Source: Thermomicrobiales bacterium
Lineage (GTDB): Bacteria; Chloroflexota; Chloroflexia; Thermomicrobiales; UBA6265
Direction of reading: 5' to 3'
Assembly: GCA_041743205.1 (NCBI GenBank)
Contig: JBGTNF010000123.1
Location: 1-35,284, forward strand
DNA: 35,284 bases
The notes beneath the pieces were generated by a model. It was given only the letters and a program-made list of their open reading frames with translations, was not told the origin of the DNA and did not search any database. Made by a program: the position numbers and the translations under genes. The number at the start of each line of letters is the position of its first letter. The stretch's first letter is position 1. Below, piece after piece: positions 27,789-35,284 of the stretch.

Positions 27789-27951
27789 GGCTGGACCGGC
27801 GATGACCGTTGCGCTTGATGTGGTCTTGAGCCAACTTTCAGAGAACCGGGAGCTGCTCGATCGAGGGACGTGTCCCGCGATGGTCCGCGGCGCCCACCTG
27901 CTTATGCAGGTTCAAGGTTCCCCATCGCGTGCGGCGTCGCCAGGTCTGGCC
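27789..27951 (+). ncRNA. ssrS: 6S RNA
   Basis: Folded by hand into a rod: GGCTGGACC/GGTCTGGCC, GGCGATG/CGTCGCC, CTTGAGCC/GGTTCAAG, an A-rich central bubble, GGGAGCTGC/GCGGCGCCC and apical GGGAC/GTCCC. Contains the 6S-like words TTGAGCCAAC, GGGAGC and CCCACCTG..GGTTCAA. Confidence 0.85.
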
Positions 27952-28141
27952 ATCCCCTTGCTACTCGCAAATCGTTCCCCTCGGTTGTCCCGACCACGAT
28001 CGGCAGAATGGTGCATCGATGTTGCCATCCTCGGGCGGAGCAAGCTCCGCAACCCTACGCCGCTCGGCATCTTTTCGGATGCGAGAACCCGCACAGACGC
28101 TCCAATCCACGGATTCGAGAGCCGTCGGCGATGGTACTTAA

Positions 28142-29152
28142 ATGATCCACCTCATCCTCGGTCCCGATTTCTCGATGGTCCGCGAGGCAATGCGCCGCCG
28201 GATGCTCGCCAGCGATCCGGACGGCCAGAGCACCTCCGAGATGGACGGCGCGTCGGTGTCGCTGCAGGATGTGATGATGGCCACCGCCAGCATCGGCTTC
28301 TTTTCGGCCGGGCGTACGATCGTGGTCGAGGGTCTGCTGGCAAAACACGCCAGGGGAACCGGAAAGGGCCAGGGCGCCGACTGGCCGGCCCTGTTCGCCA
28401 GCGTGCCGGCGGCGACCACCCTCATCCTGGCCGACCCTACGGTGCTCAGCGTGCCGGCGGCGGTCAAGAAGGCGCTGCCGGGCGACGCCGAGGTCGTGCC
28501 CTGCGATCCGCCACGTGGCCGAGATCTGGTCGAATGGATCGTGACCCGGACCAAGCTCACAGGGGGAAGCATCGACCGACCGGTGGCGCAACGGCTCGCG
28601 ATCACGCTTTACCCTGCCGGGTGGTCCCAGAAGTCCCGCAACCCGGCCTTCGACCGTCCGCCGGACATGGAGGCCCTCGGCAACGAGGTCGACAAACTGG
28701 TGCTGGCGGCGCACCCGGGGCCTGGCGGCGAGGCGCACATCCGGGACCTGATCGAAACCGGGGACAAGGACCAGATTTTCGCCTTCATCGACGCGGCCGC
28801 GGCGGGCGCGATCGACCGGGCGGCGCCGGAACTCGAGCGCCTCCTGGCGGCCGGCGAGGACCCGTTCAAGATCCTGTCCCAACTGTGCAGCTCCGTGGAA
28901 CTGGCGGTGGTGATGAGCCGCGCCGAACGTCGCGATCCGGCCGAGGTTGGTAAGGATCTGCGATTGCCGAACGCCGGCCGAATGAGCGCCGTGGCCCGGT
29001 CGGTTCGCGACCAGCCGCGCAATTTCGCACCACGCGTGGCCCGGGTGCTGGAGGAAACCGATCGCAAGATCAAGACTGGCGAGTTGCGCGACCCGGTCGA
29101 GGCGCTCTACTTCGCGCTCGCCAGCATCGCCACGCTCCGGTCCGCATCGTAG
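28142..29152 (+). CDS. holA: DNA polymerase III delta subunit
   Basis: IHLILGPD, ASIGFFSAGRTIVV, NEVDKL, IFAFIDA and D..IKTG; adjacent to rpsT. Confidence 0.8.
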   Translation: MIHLILGPDFSMVREAMRRRMLASDPDGQSTSEMDGASVSLQDVMMATASIGFFSAGRTIVVEGLLAKHARGTGKGQGADWPALFASVPAATTLILADPTVLSVPAAVKKALPGDAEVVPCDPPRGRDLVEWIVTRTKLTGGSIDRPVAQRLAITLYPAGWSQKSRNPAFDRPPDMEALGNEVDKLVLAAHPGPGGEAHIRDLIETGDKDQIFAFIDAAAAGAIDRAAPELERLLAAGEDPFKILSQLCSSVELAVVMSRAERRDPAEVGKDLRLPNAGRMSAVARSVRDQPRNFAPRVARVLEETDRKIKTGELRDPVEALYFALASIATLRSAS

Positions 29153-29198
29153 CGGCTCCACCCCGGGCGGTCCTCGCGCCACTCCGACCGTGCCCCAA

Positions 29199-29311
29199 CG
29201 TCACCCAGAGCGTAACCTCACGGCACGCCGAGCGCAGTCGAGTGGTCGCTTCGCCGCAGCAAGCGTCGTGACGAACAGGAGATGTCTCGACTGCGCTCGA
29301 CATGACGTGAG
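29199..29311. repeat. Cluster of CGTC-tagged REP-like palindromes including an inverted pair
   Basis: Minus-strand copy CGTC-ATGTC-GAGCGCAGTCGA-GACAT-CTC. Segment 29217-29242 pairs with 29286-29311, and a partial third copy CGTCACCCAGAGCG starts at 29199. Confidence 0.65.
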
Positions 29312-29362
29312 ACGGTGCATGTCCACGCCGTTGGGAAATGACGCTTCCGTACCAGGAACGAC

Positions 29363-29400
29363 GAACGCCGGTGGCTGATTCGAACCAGCCACCGGCGTTC
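29363..29400 (-). terminator. 15-bp hairpin downstream of rpsT (probable terminator between convergent holA and rpsT)
   Basis: GAACGCCGGTGGCTG-ATTCGAAC-CAGCCACCGGCGTTC forms a perfect stem 26 nt after the rpsT stop. Confidence 0.7.
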
Positions 29401-29426
29401 ATTCATCTACCCGGATTCCCTGCCGC

Positions 29427-29693
29427 TTACGCGCCGAGGGCGTTGAACTTTTGCATGAGGCGGGACTTGCGCCGCGCCGCATTGTTCTTGTGGATCACGC
29501 CCTTGGCCCAGACCCGATCGAGCGTGCTGGTGGCCGTCAACACCGCGTCCTGCGCCGCAGCCTTGTCGCCGGAGGCGATGGCCAGTTCGGCCTTTTTCAC
29601 CAGGGTGCGGGCGGCGGAGCGATACGGGCGATTCTGCACCCGGCGGCGCTCGGCGACCAGGATGCGTTTCTTGGCGGATTTGCTGTTAGCCAA
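29427..29693 (-). CDS. rpsT: 30S ribosomal protein S20
   Basis: [11 protein letters not shown] and [16 protein letters not shown]; TTG start with GAGGAAGG RBS. Confidence 0.97.
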   Translation of the reverse strand: MANSKSAKKRILVAERRRVQNRPYRSAARTLVKKAELAIASGDKAAAQDAVLTATSTLDRVWAKGVIHKNNAARRKSRLMQKFNALGA

Positions 29694-29864
29694 ACTGGAC
29701 CTTCCTCATACATCGCAAACCGCCGGCAGTCCGGAATGTTCGCGCAGGGTGTAAAAGCGGCGTACAAAACGGGAACGCCCAATGGGCGGACAACCGCAGA
29801 ATGGTAGCACGATGCGTCCCGGTTGACCAATTCGCCAGGCGTGTCCCGGGCAATGCGCCGCCGG

Positions 29865-30449
29865 TCAGGTCGAGGGATTTCGCCCGGTCAATCCCATCAG
29901 CTTCGCCTGGATCGGCGCATCGTTGGCTACTGCGATCTCCGGGCGGAACACCCCGATCTCTCGGAGCAGCTCGGTCATCGATTGCATGGCGTCCCACAGG
30001 CCCTGGGCCAGCTCGTCGGACATTTCGATGGGGGCGCCGATGAAGGTCGCCATGTCGAACGCGGCGAGCGACCGATTGATGGAGATATCGCGCAGGTAGT
30101 CGCGGGCCGGGGCGTCGGCGTACGACATATGCACGATCCGTTCCGGGTCATCGAGTTCGGATGCGGCCTGGTTGGCGATCTCAGCCTGGCGGTTGTAGTT
30201 TCCCGGCACATCGTCGCCACGCAAATCTCCAGCGTACTGGTCGTTCGAAACGAGGTCATTGGCCCCGGCCAGCATCGCGGGGACGCTTTCGTTCTCGTAC
30301 GTCGCCAGGTTCAGGGTTTCGCGGAGGGTGATGCCTGGACGCCAGCTCAACTCATCCGGAATCACCTGATCGAGTTGCTCGGTTGGCGCCTGGTTGACGA
30401 CCCGCGTCAGCATCGTATTGGCTTCGACGAACGCTTCTTGCTCATTCAT
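29865..30449 (-). CDS. TIGR03086/MDMPI-like (DinB superfamily) protein
   Basis: Family-like layout TLRETLN..., GDL.GDD, RIVHMSY, FDMA..IG and C-terminal AP.QAKLMGLTGRNP; GGGAG RBS. Confidence 0.65.
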   Translation of the reverse strand: MNEQEAFVEANTMLTRVVNQAPTEQLDQVIPDELSWRPGITLRETLNLATYENESVPAMLAGANDLVSNDQYAGDLRGDDVPGNYNRQAEIANQAASELDDPERIVHMSYADAPARDYLRDISINRSLAAFDMATFIGAPIEMSDELAQGLWDAMQSMTELLREIGVFRPEIAVANDAPIQAKLMGLTGRNPST

Positions 30450-30651
30450 GCAGTTGCTCCCGACGGCATGGTAAATGCGGCGTCAACCAGAGAAGGCTGC
30501 GTGTCGAGCAGGATTGTACAACCCGCCCAGGGCGATATCCTGATTGGTATTGGTTGCTTCGCGCCTTCTCCTTTCAGCAACCGCGCTGTCCCAGGCTGGC
30601 GATTTACCCGGTCTCATCGCGATGTCTGCCCGGAATGGCATAATCACCGGC

Positions 30652-32343
30652 ATGAGCCAGGCCACGCAGGTGATCCGCCTCGAACAACCGCTATCCATAG
30701 ATGACGCGCTCGACGAGCTGCCCCAGGCCGTCGAGCCAGTCCGGGCCGCCCGTTCCGGTCCAACCTTGGCGGTCAGCGCCCTGATCGTGGCGGCGGCGTT
30801 CGTGCTCAGCCGCGTCCTGGGGCTGGCGCGAGAAGTGATCCTCGCCGGTCAGTTCGCCACCGGCCCGGAAATGGACGCCTACGTCAGCGCCTTCCGCATC
30901 CCCGATCTGCTCTTCCTCGTGGTGATGGCCGGGGCGTTTGGGGCCGCCTTCATCCCCGTGTTCGGGCAATATCTGGCGGCGGAAGACCAGGAGCGCGCCT
31001 GGCGGCTGGCCTCGTCGGTCCTGACCTGGGCCGGTGTCAGCGTGCTGATCCTGAGCGGGCTCTGCTTCCTGCTTGCGCGGCCGCTGATGCATGTCGTAGC
31101 CCCGGGGTTCGATCAGGACACCGAGGATATGGCGGTCCGGTTGATGCGGATCCTCCTGCTTTCGCCCGTGTTCCTCGGTCTCGGAATCGCCGCCAAGGGC
31201 ATTCTCGAAGCCCACAGCCAGTTCACCCTGCCCGCCATCGCGCCCCTCGTCTACAACGTGGCGATCATCATCGGGGCCGTCTTCTTCGTGCCCGAATACG
31301 GGATCTACGCCGTGGGCTGGGCGGTCATCTTCGGCGCCCTGGGCCACTTCCTGATTCAGGTTCCGGGCCTGGTCCGCGCCGGCATGCGGTTCCGGCCCAG
31401 CCTCGACCGCCACGTCGATGGCCTCGGCGAGGTCGCCCGGCTGTTCGGGCCGCGGGTGGTTGGCCTGGCCGTGTTCCAGGTCAACTTCATCGCCGTCACC
31501 GCCTTCGCGTCGACCACCGGCGAATCGAGCGTGTCCGCAATCAACTTCGCCTGGCAACTGCTGATGCTGCCGCACGGCGTACTGGCGCTGAGCATCTCGA
31601 CCGTGGCCTTTCCCACCCTCGCCGCGCTCCATTCCACCGGCGACAAGGAGCGGTTCCGGTCGACGCTGGACCGGTCCCTGAGGCCACTGCTCTTCCTCTC
31701 GATTCCGTCCGGCATCGGCCTGTTCCTGCTGCGCAAGCCGATCGTGCAGGTGATCTTCGAGAACGGGAACTTCGACGCCGAATCGACCCGGCTGGTGGTC
31801 GCCCCGCTGGCGGTTTTCGCCGCCGGGTTGCTTGGCTACGCGCTGACCGAAATCCTGACCCGCGTCTTCTACGCCCTGCGCGACACGATGACGCCGGTGA
31901 TCACCGGCGTGCTGACCGTTGTGCTCAACCTGCTGCTCTGCGTGCTCTTCATGGATTCGCTCGGCTACACCGGGCTGGCGCTGGCCCTGAGCGTGACGAC
32001 CGGGGCCGAAGCGGTGATCCTGTTGCTCTTCTTGCGCGACCGTATCGGCCACGTGGTCACGGCCGGGTTTGGCTCCTGGTTGCTCCGAGTGGCCGGCGCC
32101 GGCGCGGCAATGGCGGCGGTCATCGTGCCGACCGCGCCCTGGCTGCAATCGGCGCTGGATCGGGACGGCTCGCACCTCCCGGTCTACATCCTCTTCGCCT
32201 ACGCGATGAGCGTGTACGCCTTCGCGTTCATCGCCGTCGCCTGGATCTTCCGGATCCCGGAGCTGCAGCAGGTCATCAGCAAGGTCGGGAGCCGTGCTCC
32301 CGGTCCCGCCCGAACGGTGTTGGCACGTCTCGGATTACTCTGA
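30652..32343 (+). CDS. murJ: Lipid II flippase MurJ (MviN)
   Basis: LSRVLGLARE, DAYVSAFRIPD, AFIPVF, LPHGV..SISTVAFP and RVFYALRDTMTP. Confidence 0.93.
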   Translation: MSQATQVIRLEQPLSIDDALDELPQAVEPVRAARSGPTLAVSALIVAAAFVLSRVLGLAREVILAGQFATGPEMDAYVSAFRIPDLLFLVVMAGAFGAAFIPVFGQYLAAEDQERAWRLASSVLTWAGVSVLILSGLCFLLARPLMHVVAPGFDQDTEDMAVRLMRILLLSPVFLGLGIAAKGILEAHSQFTLPAIAPLVYNVAIIIGAVFFVPEYGIYAVGWAVIFGALGHFLIQVPGLVRAGMRFRPSLDRHVDGLGEVARLFGPRVVGLAVFQVNFIAVTAFASTTGESSVSAINFAWQLLMLPHGVLALSISTVAFPTLAALHSTGDKERFRSTLDRSLRPLLFLSIPSGIGLFLLRKPIVQVIFENGNFDAESTRLVVAPLAVFAAGLLGYALTEILTRVFYALRDTMTPVITGVLTVVLNLLLCVLFMDSLGYTGLALALSVTTGAEAVILLLFLRDRIGHVVTAGFGSWLLRVAGAGAAMAAVIVPTAPWLQSALDRDGSHLPVYILFAYAMSVYAFAFIAVAWIFRIPELQQVISKVGSRAPGPARTVLARLGLL

Positions 32344-32517
32344 CCCGCCCCGCCTGAAGACGCGTCGACTGCCCTGCGGTTCGGGCCAGCCGGATTCGTT
32401 ATACTGAAGGGAACAACCGGGCCGGGGCCGTCGCTTTCGCCGCCCCGGCCCGTTTCGCGCCAGCCGATCCCGTCGCCGCCGTTGCCACCCATGAAACCAG
32501 AGCGTGCATCCCCCTCC

Positions 32518-34356
32518 ATGACCCAATCGTCCGCCACCGCCCACATCCGAAACTTCAGCATCATCGCCCACATCGACCACGGCAAGTCGACGCTGGCGGA
32601 CCGGCTCCTGCAGAAAACGGGAACTGTGTCCGAACGCGATCTGGGCGCCCAGATGCTGGATACGATGGACCTGGAGCGTGAAAAGGGGATCACGATCAAG
32701 GCCCGCGCCGTGCGGATGGCCTACACCGCCCGGGATGGCGAAACCTACGAGCTCAACCTGATCGACACCCCCGGCCACGTCGACTTCTCGTACGAAGTCA
32801 GTCGCAGTTTGGCCGCCTGCGAGGGCGCCCTGCTGGTGGTCGACGCCGCCCAGGGGATCGAGGCCCAGACGATGGCCAACGTCTACCTCGCGCTGGAACA
32901 CGAGCTGGCGATCGTGGCCGTGATCAACAAGATCGACCTCCCCAACGCCGATCCCGAGCGCGTCTCGAAGGAAGTCGGGCAATTCATCGGCCTGCTCAAC
33001 GACGAGATCGTGCCGGCGTCGGCGAAAACCGGCGTGGGCGTCGACGAAATCCTCGAAGCGATCGTGACCAAGATGCCGGCCCCGCCCGACGACGGGCTGA
33101 AGAAGCCTTTGCGGGCGCTGATCTTCGATTCCCACTTCGATTCGTTCAAGGGTGTCATCGCCTACGTCAAGATCGTCGACGGAGAGATCGGCAGCGACGA
33201 CCGGATGCGGATCCTGGGCAACGGCAAGGAAGCCGACATCCTGGAGGTCGGCTATTTCGGACCGGCGATGACGACGTCCGCCACCCTGAAAACCGGCGAA
33301 GTTGGCTACATCGCGACCGGCCTCAAGGTGGTCAAGGAATGTCAGGTCGGCGACACGATCACCCTCGCCGAAAATTCCGCCACCGAGCCGTTGCCGGGTT
33401 ACCGCCCCGCCATGCCGATGGTCTACGCCGGGTTGTATCCGACCGACAGCGAGGACTTCCCGATCCTGCGGGACGCCCTGGAGCGGTTGCAGCTCAACGA
33501 CGCCTCGCTCACCTACGAGCCGGAATCGTCGCTGGCGCTCGGGTTCGGGTTCCGTTGCGGCTTCCTTGGCCTGCTGCACATGGAGATCATTCAGGAGCGG
33601 CTGGAACGCGAGTACGACCTCGATCTGCTGGCGACGGCGCCGAGCGTGGAGTACGAAGTCCACTTGCGCGGCGACAAGAAGCTGCGCATCGACAACCCGT
33701 CGGAACTCCCGAATCCCGGCGAAATCGAGGCAATCCTCGAACCGTGGATGCACCTCACCATCATCGCCCCGGCCCGCTTCGTGGGCGCGATCATGGACCT
33801 CACAGCGTCCAAGCGCGGCCTCTTCGACGAGATGATCTACCTTGATGAGGATCGGGTCCAGCTCAAGTACGACATCCCTCTCGGGGAGCTGATCGTCGAG
33901 TTCTACGACCAGCTCAAGAGCCGGACCCAAGGCTACGCCTCGCTCGACTACACGCTGGCCGAGATGCGCAGGGCAGATCTGGTCAAGCTCGACGTGTTGG
34001 TCAATGGCCAGGCGGTCGACGCCCTCTCGATCATCTCCCACCGTGACGATGCCTACTACAAGGGGCGCGAACTGGTGAGCGTGCTACGGGGCCTGATTCC
34101 CCGGCAGATGTTCGACGTGCCGATCCAGGCCTCGATCGGGAGCCGGATCGTGGCCCGTGAAACCGTCAAGGCGATGCGCAAGAACGTGCTCGCCAAGTGC
34201 TACGGCGGGGACATCTCTCGCAAGCGCAAGCTGCTGGAAAAGCAGAAAGAGGGCAAGTCCCGCATGAAGCTGGTCGGCAGCGTCGAGATTCCGCAGGAGG
34301 CCTTCATGGCCGTGCTCAGCCTGGGATCCGGCGACAAGGCGACCAGCAAGGCATGA
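32518..34356 (+). CDS. lepA: Elongation factor 4
   Basis: [39 protein letters not shown] and [21 protein letters not shown]. Start is 32518 or 32491. Confidence 0.98.
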   Translation: MTQSSATAHIRNFSIIAHIDHGKSTLADRLLQKTGTVSERDLGAQMLDTMDLEREKGITIKARAVRMAYTARDGETYELNLIDTPGHVDFSYEVSRSLAACEGALLVVDAAQGIEAQTMANVYLALEHELAIVAVINKIDLPNADPERVSKEVGQFIGLLNDEIVPASAKTGVGVDEILEAIVTKMPAPPDDGLKKPLRALIFDSHFDSFKGVIAYVKIVDGEIGSDDRMRILGNGKEADILEVGYFGPAMTTSATLKTGEVGYIATGLKVVKECQVGDTITLAENSATEPLPGYRPAMPMVYAGLYPTDSEDFPILRDALERLQLNDASLTYEPESSLALGFGFRCGFLGLLHMEIIQERLEREYDLDLLATAPSVEYEVHLRGDKKLRIDNPSELPNPGEIEAILEPWMHLTIIAPARFVGAIMDLTASKRGLFDEMIYLDEDRVQLKYDIPLGELIVEFYDQLKSRTQGYASLDYTLAEMRRADLVKLDVLVNGQAVDALSIISHRDDAYYKGRELVSVLRGLIPRQMFDVPIQASIGSRIVARETVKAMRKNVLAKCYGGDISRKRKLLEKQKEGKSRMKLVGSVEIPQEAFMAVLSLGSGDKATSKA

Positions 34357-35284
34357 TCGAGAGTATGCCTGACATCACGATCGTTGGCCTCGGGCCTGGT
34401 CCCGCGGCACTCCGCACTGTCGCTGGGCAAGAGGTGCTCGACAGGGCCCGGCACGTTTTCATTCGAACGCACGACGACATCGATTTCAGCGACCTGATAT
34501 CGCGCGGCAACGTGACCGATGTCCTCACCCTGCGTAATCCCAGGGCGGCATCCGGCAGTCGATGGGCCGCGGCAACGCTCGCCATCTGTGACGCCATTGC
34601 CGATGGCCCCGTGGTGCTCGCGATTCCCGGTCATCCACGATTCGGGGAAATGCTGGTCGCCGAGACTGTAGAGGCGGCCCGGCTCCGGAGCCTGTCGGTT
34701 CGAGTGCTGGATGGCATCAGTGTGCTCGACCTCATCTCGACTTCGCTTGGAGTCGATCCAATCGCCGACAGTGTCCAGCTCTTCGATGCCCGCAGGATTG
34801 CGGCCTTTGCTGGTGAGCGTCCCTTTGCAGGCGGTCGCTTCACCGGATCGCCCCGTCGCCCGATGTTCATCACCCATGCCTACGACGCGAAGATTTGCAC
34901 CGGGCTTCATCGGATGCTCAGTGACCTGTTCCCGGCAAAACACCCACTCATACGCATCGAGGCGGCAGGAATGCCGGGCGAGCGCATCAGTGAACACACG
35001 GTCGCTGATCTTGAGGCGCTTGGAGGCAACGTCGTCGCGTTCTGGATTCCGGCCATGGACGATCTCGAAGCCGGCGCCGACCCGCGCACGATGCAGCGGA
35101 TCGTCGCCCGACTGCGGCAGCCGGACGGCTGCCCGTGGGACCGCAAGCAAACGCATCAGTCGTTGCGGAAATCGATGATCGACGAACTGTACGAAGTCGT
35201 CGACGCCATCGACAGCGGCGATCCCGCCCACCTCGCCGAAGAGCTTGGCGATCTCTTCCTGCTGATCCTGATGCAGGCCCAGAT
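34353..35284 (+). CDS. mazG: YabN-like tetrapyrrole-methylase/MazG nucleoside triphosphate pyrophosphohydrolase fusion (3'-truncated; absent from the ORF track)
   Basis: Translated by hand from ATG 34353 (ATGA overlap with lepA): [21 protein letters not shown], then in the same frame [16 protein letters not shown] and EELGDL. Confidence 0.88.
   Translation, partial: MIESMPDITIVGLGPGPAALRTVAGQEVLDRARHVFIRTHDDIDFSDLISRGNVTDVLTLRNPRAASGSRWAAATLAICDAIADGPVVLAIPGHPRFGEMLVAETVEAARLRSLSVRVLDGISVLDLISTSLGVDPIADSVQLFDARRIAAFAGERPFAGGRFTGSPRRPMFITHAYDAKICTGLHRMLSDLFPAKHPLIRIEAAGMPGERISEHTVADLEALGGNVVAFWIPAMDDLEAGADPRTMQRIVARLRQPDGCPWDRKQTHQSLRKSMIDELYEVVDAIDSGDPAHLAEELGDLFLLILMQAQ

Noticed and set aside
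29363-29400. GGTTCGAATC on the minus strand resembling a tRNA T-loop or att site
   Set aside because: It is the loop of a simple 15-bp hairpin, the T-stem register is off by one, and no cloverleaf forms.
8611-34041. Long antisense or alternative-frame ORFs (e.g. 8611-9966, 11069-12349, 18955-20601, 27802-28953, 30691-32175, 32335-34041)
   Set aside because: They are shadow ORFs of well-supported genes in GC-rich DNA, with no recognisable motifs.
1-35284. CRISPR array, prophage, integrase or IS element
   Set aside because: No regularly spaced repeats and no phage, integrase or transposase motifs were seen.

Overview
A GC-rich bacterial chromosomal segment. The gene styles and the holA/rpsT/murJ/lepA arrangement suggest Chloroflexota (Thermomicrobiales-like); this is an inference. 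In order it carries: a carbohydrate ABC importer (binding protein plus two permeases), RidA, an ArsR-SRPBCC pair, two Pr6Pr membrane proteins, a HAD hydrolase, DUF6157, a group III truncated haemoglobin, trpBA, a GH3 NagZ-like hexosaminidase, an AT-richer Tat-signal orphan, two mandelate-racemase-family paralogues, higBA, a PLP decarboxylase with a nucleotidyltransferase, aroH-aroF, MFS and AI-2E transporters, a DUF2254-like pseudogene, two fabF paralogues, a 6S RNA, holA, rpsT, a TIGR03086-like protein, murJ, lepA and a truncated YabN/MazG. Signals not explained by the ORF track: (1) a coupled second FabF with Phe in place of the catalytic Cys but both catalytic His kept; (2) a LexA-type box inside the DUF6157 promoter; (3) a 6S RNA with its promoter; (4) GTAG- and CGTC-tagged REP-like palindromes at four intergenic sites; (5) a perfect 32-bp operator palindrome and several probable leaderless genes. 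No CRISPR array, tRNA, rRNA or transposase was seen.
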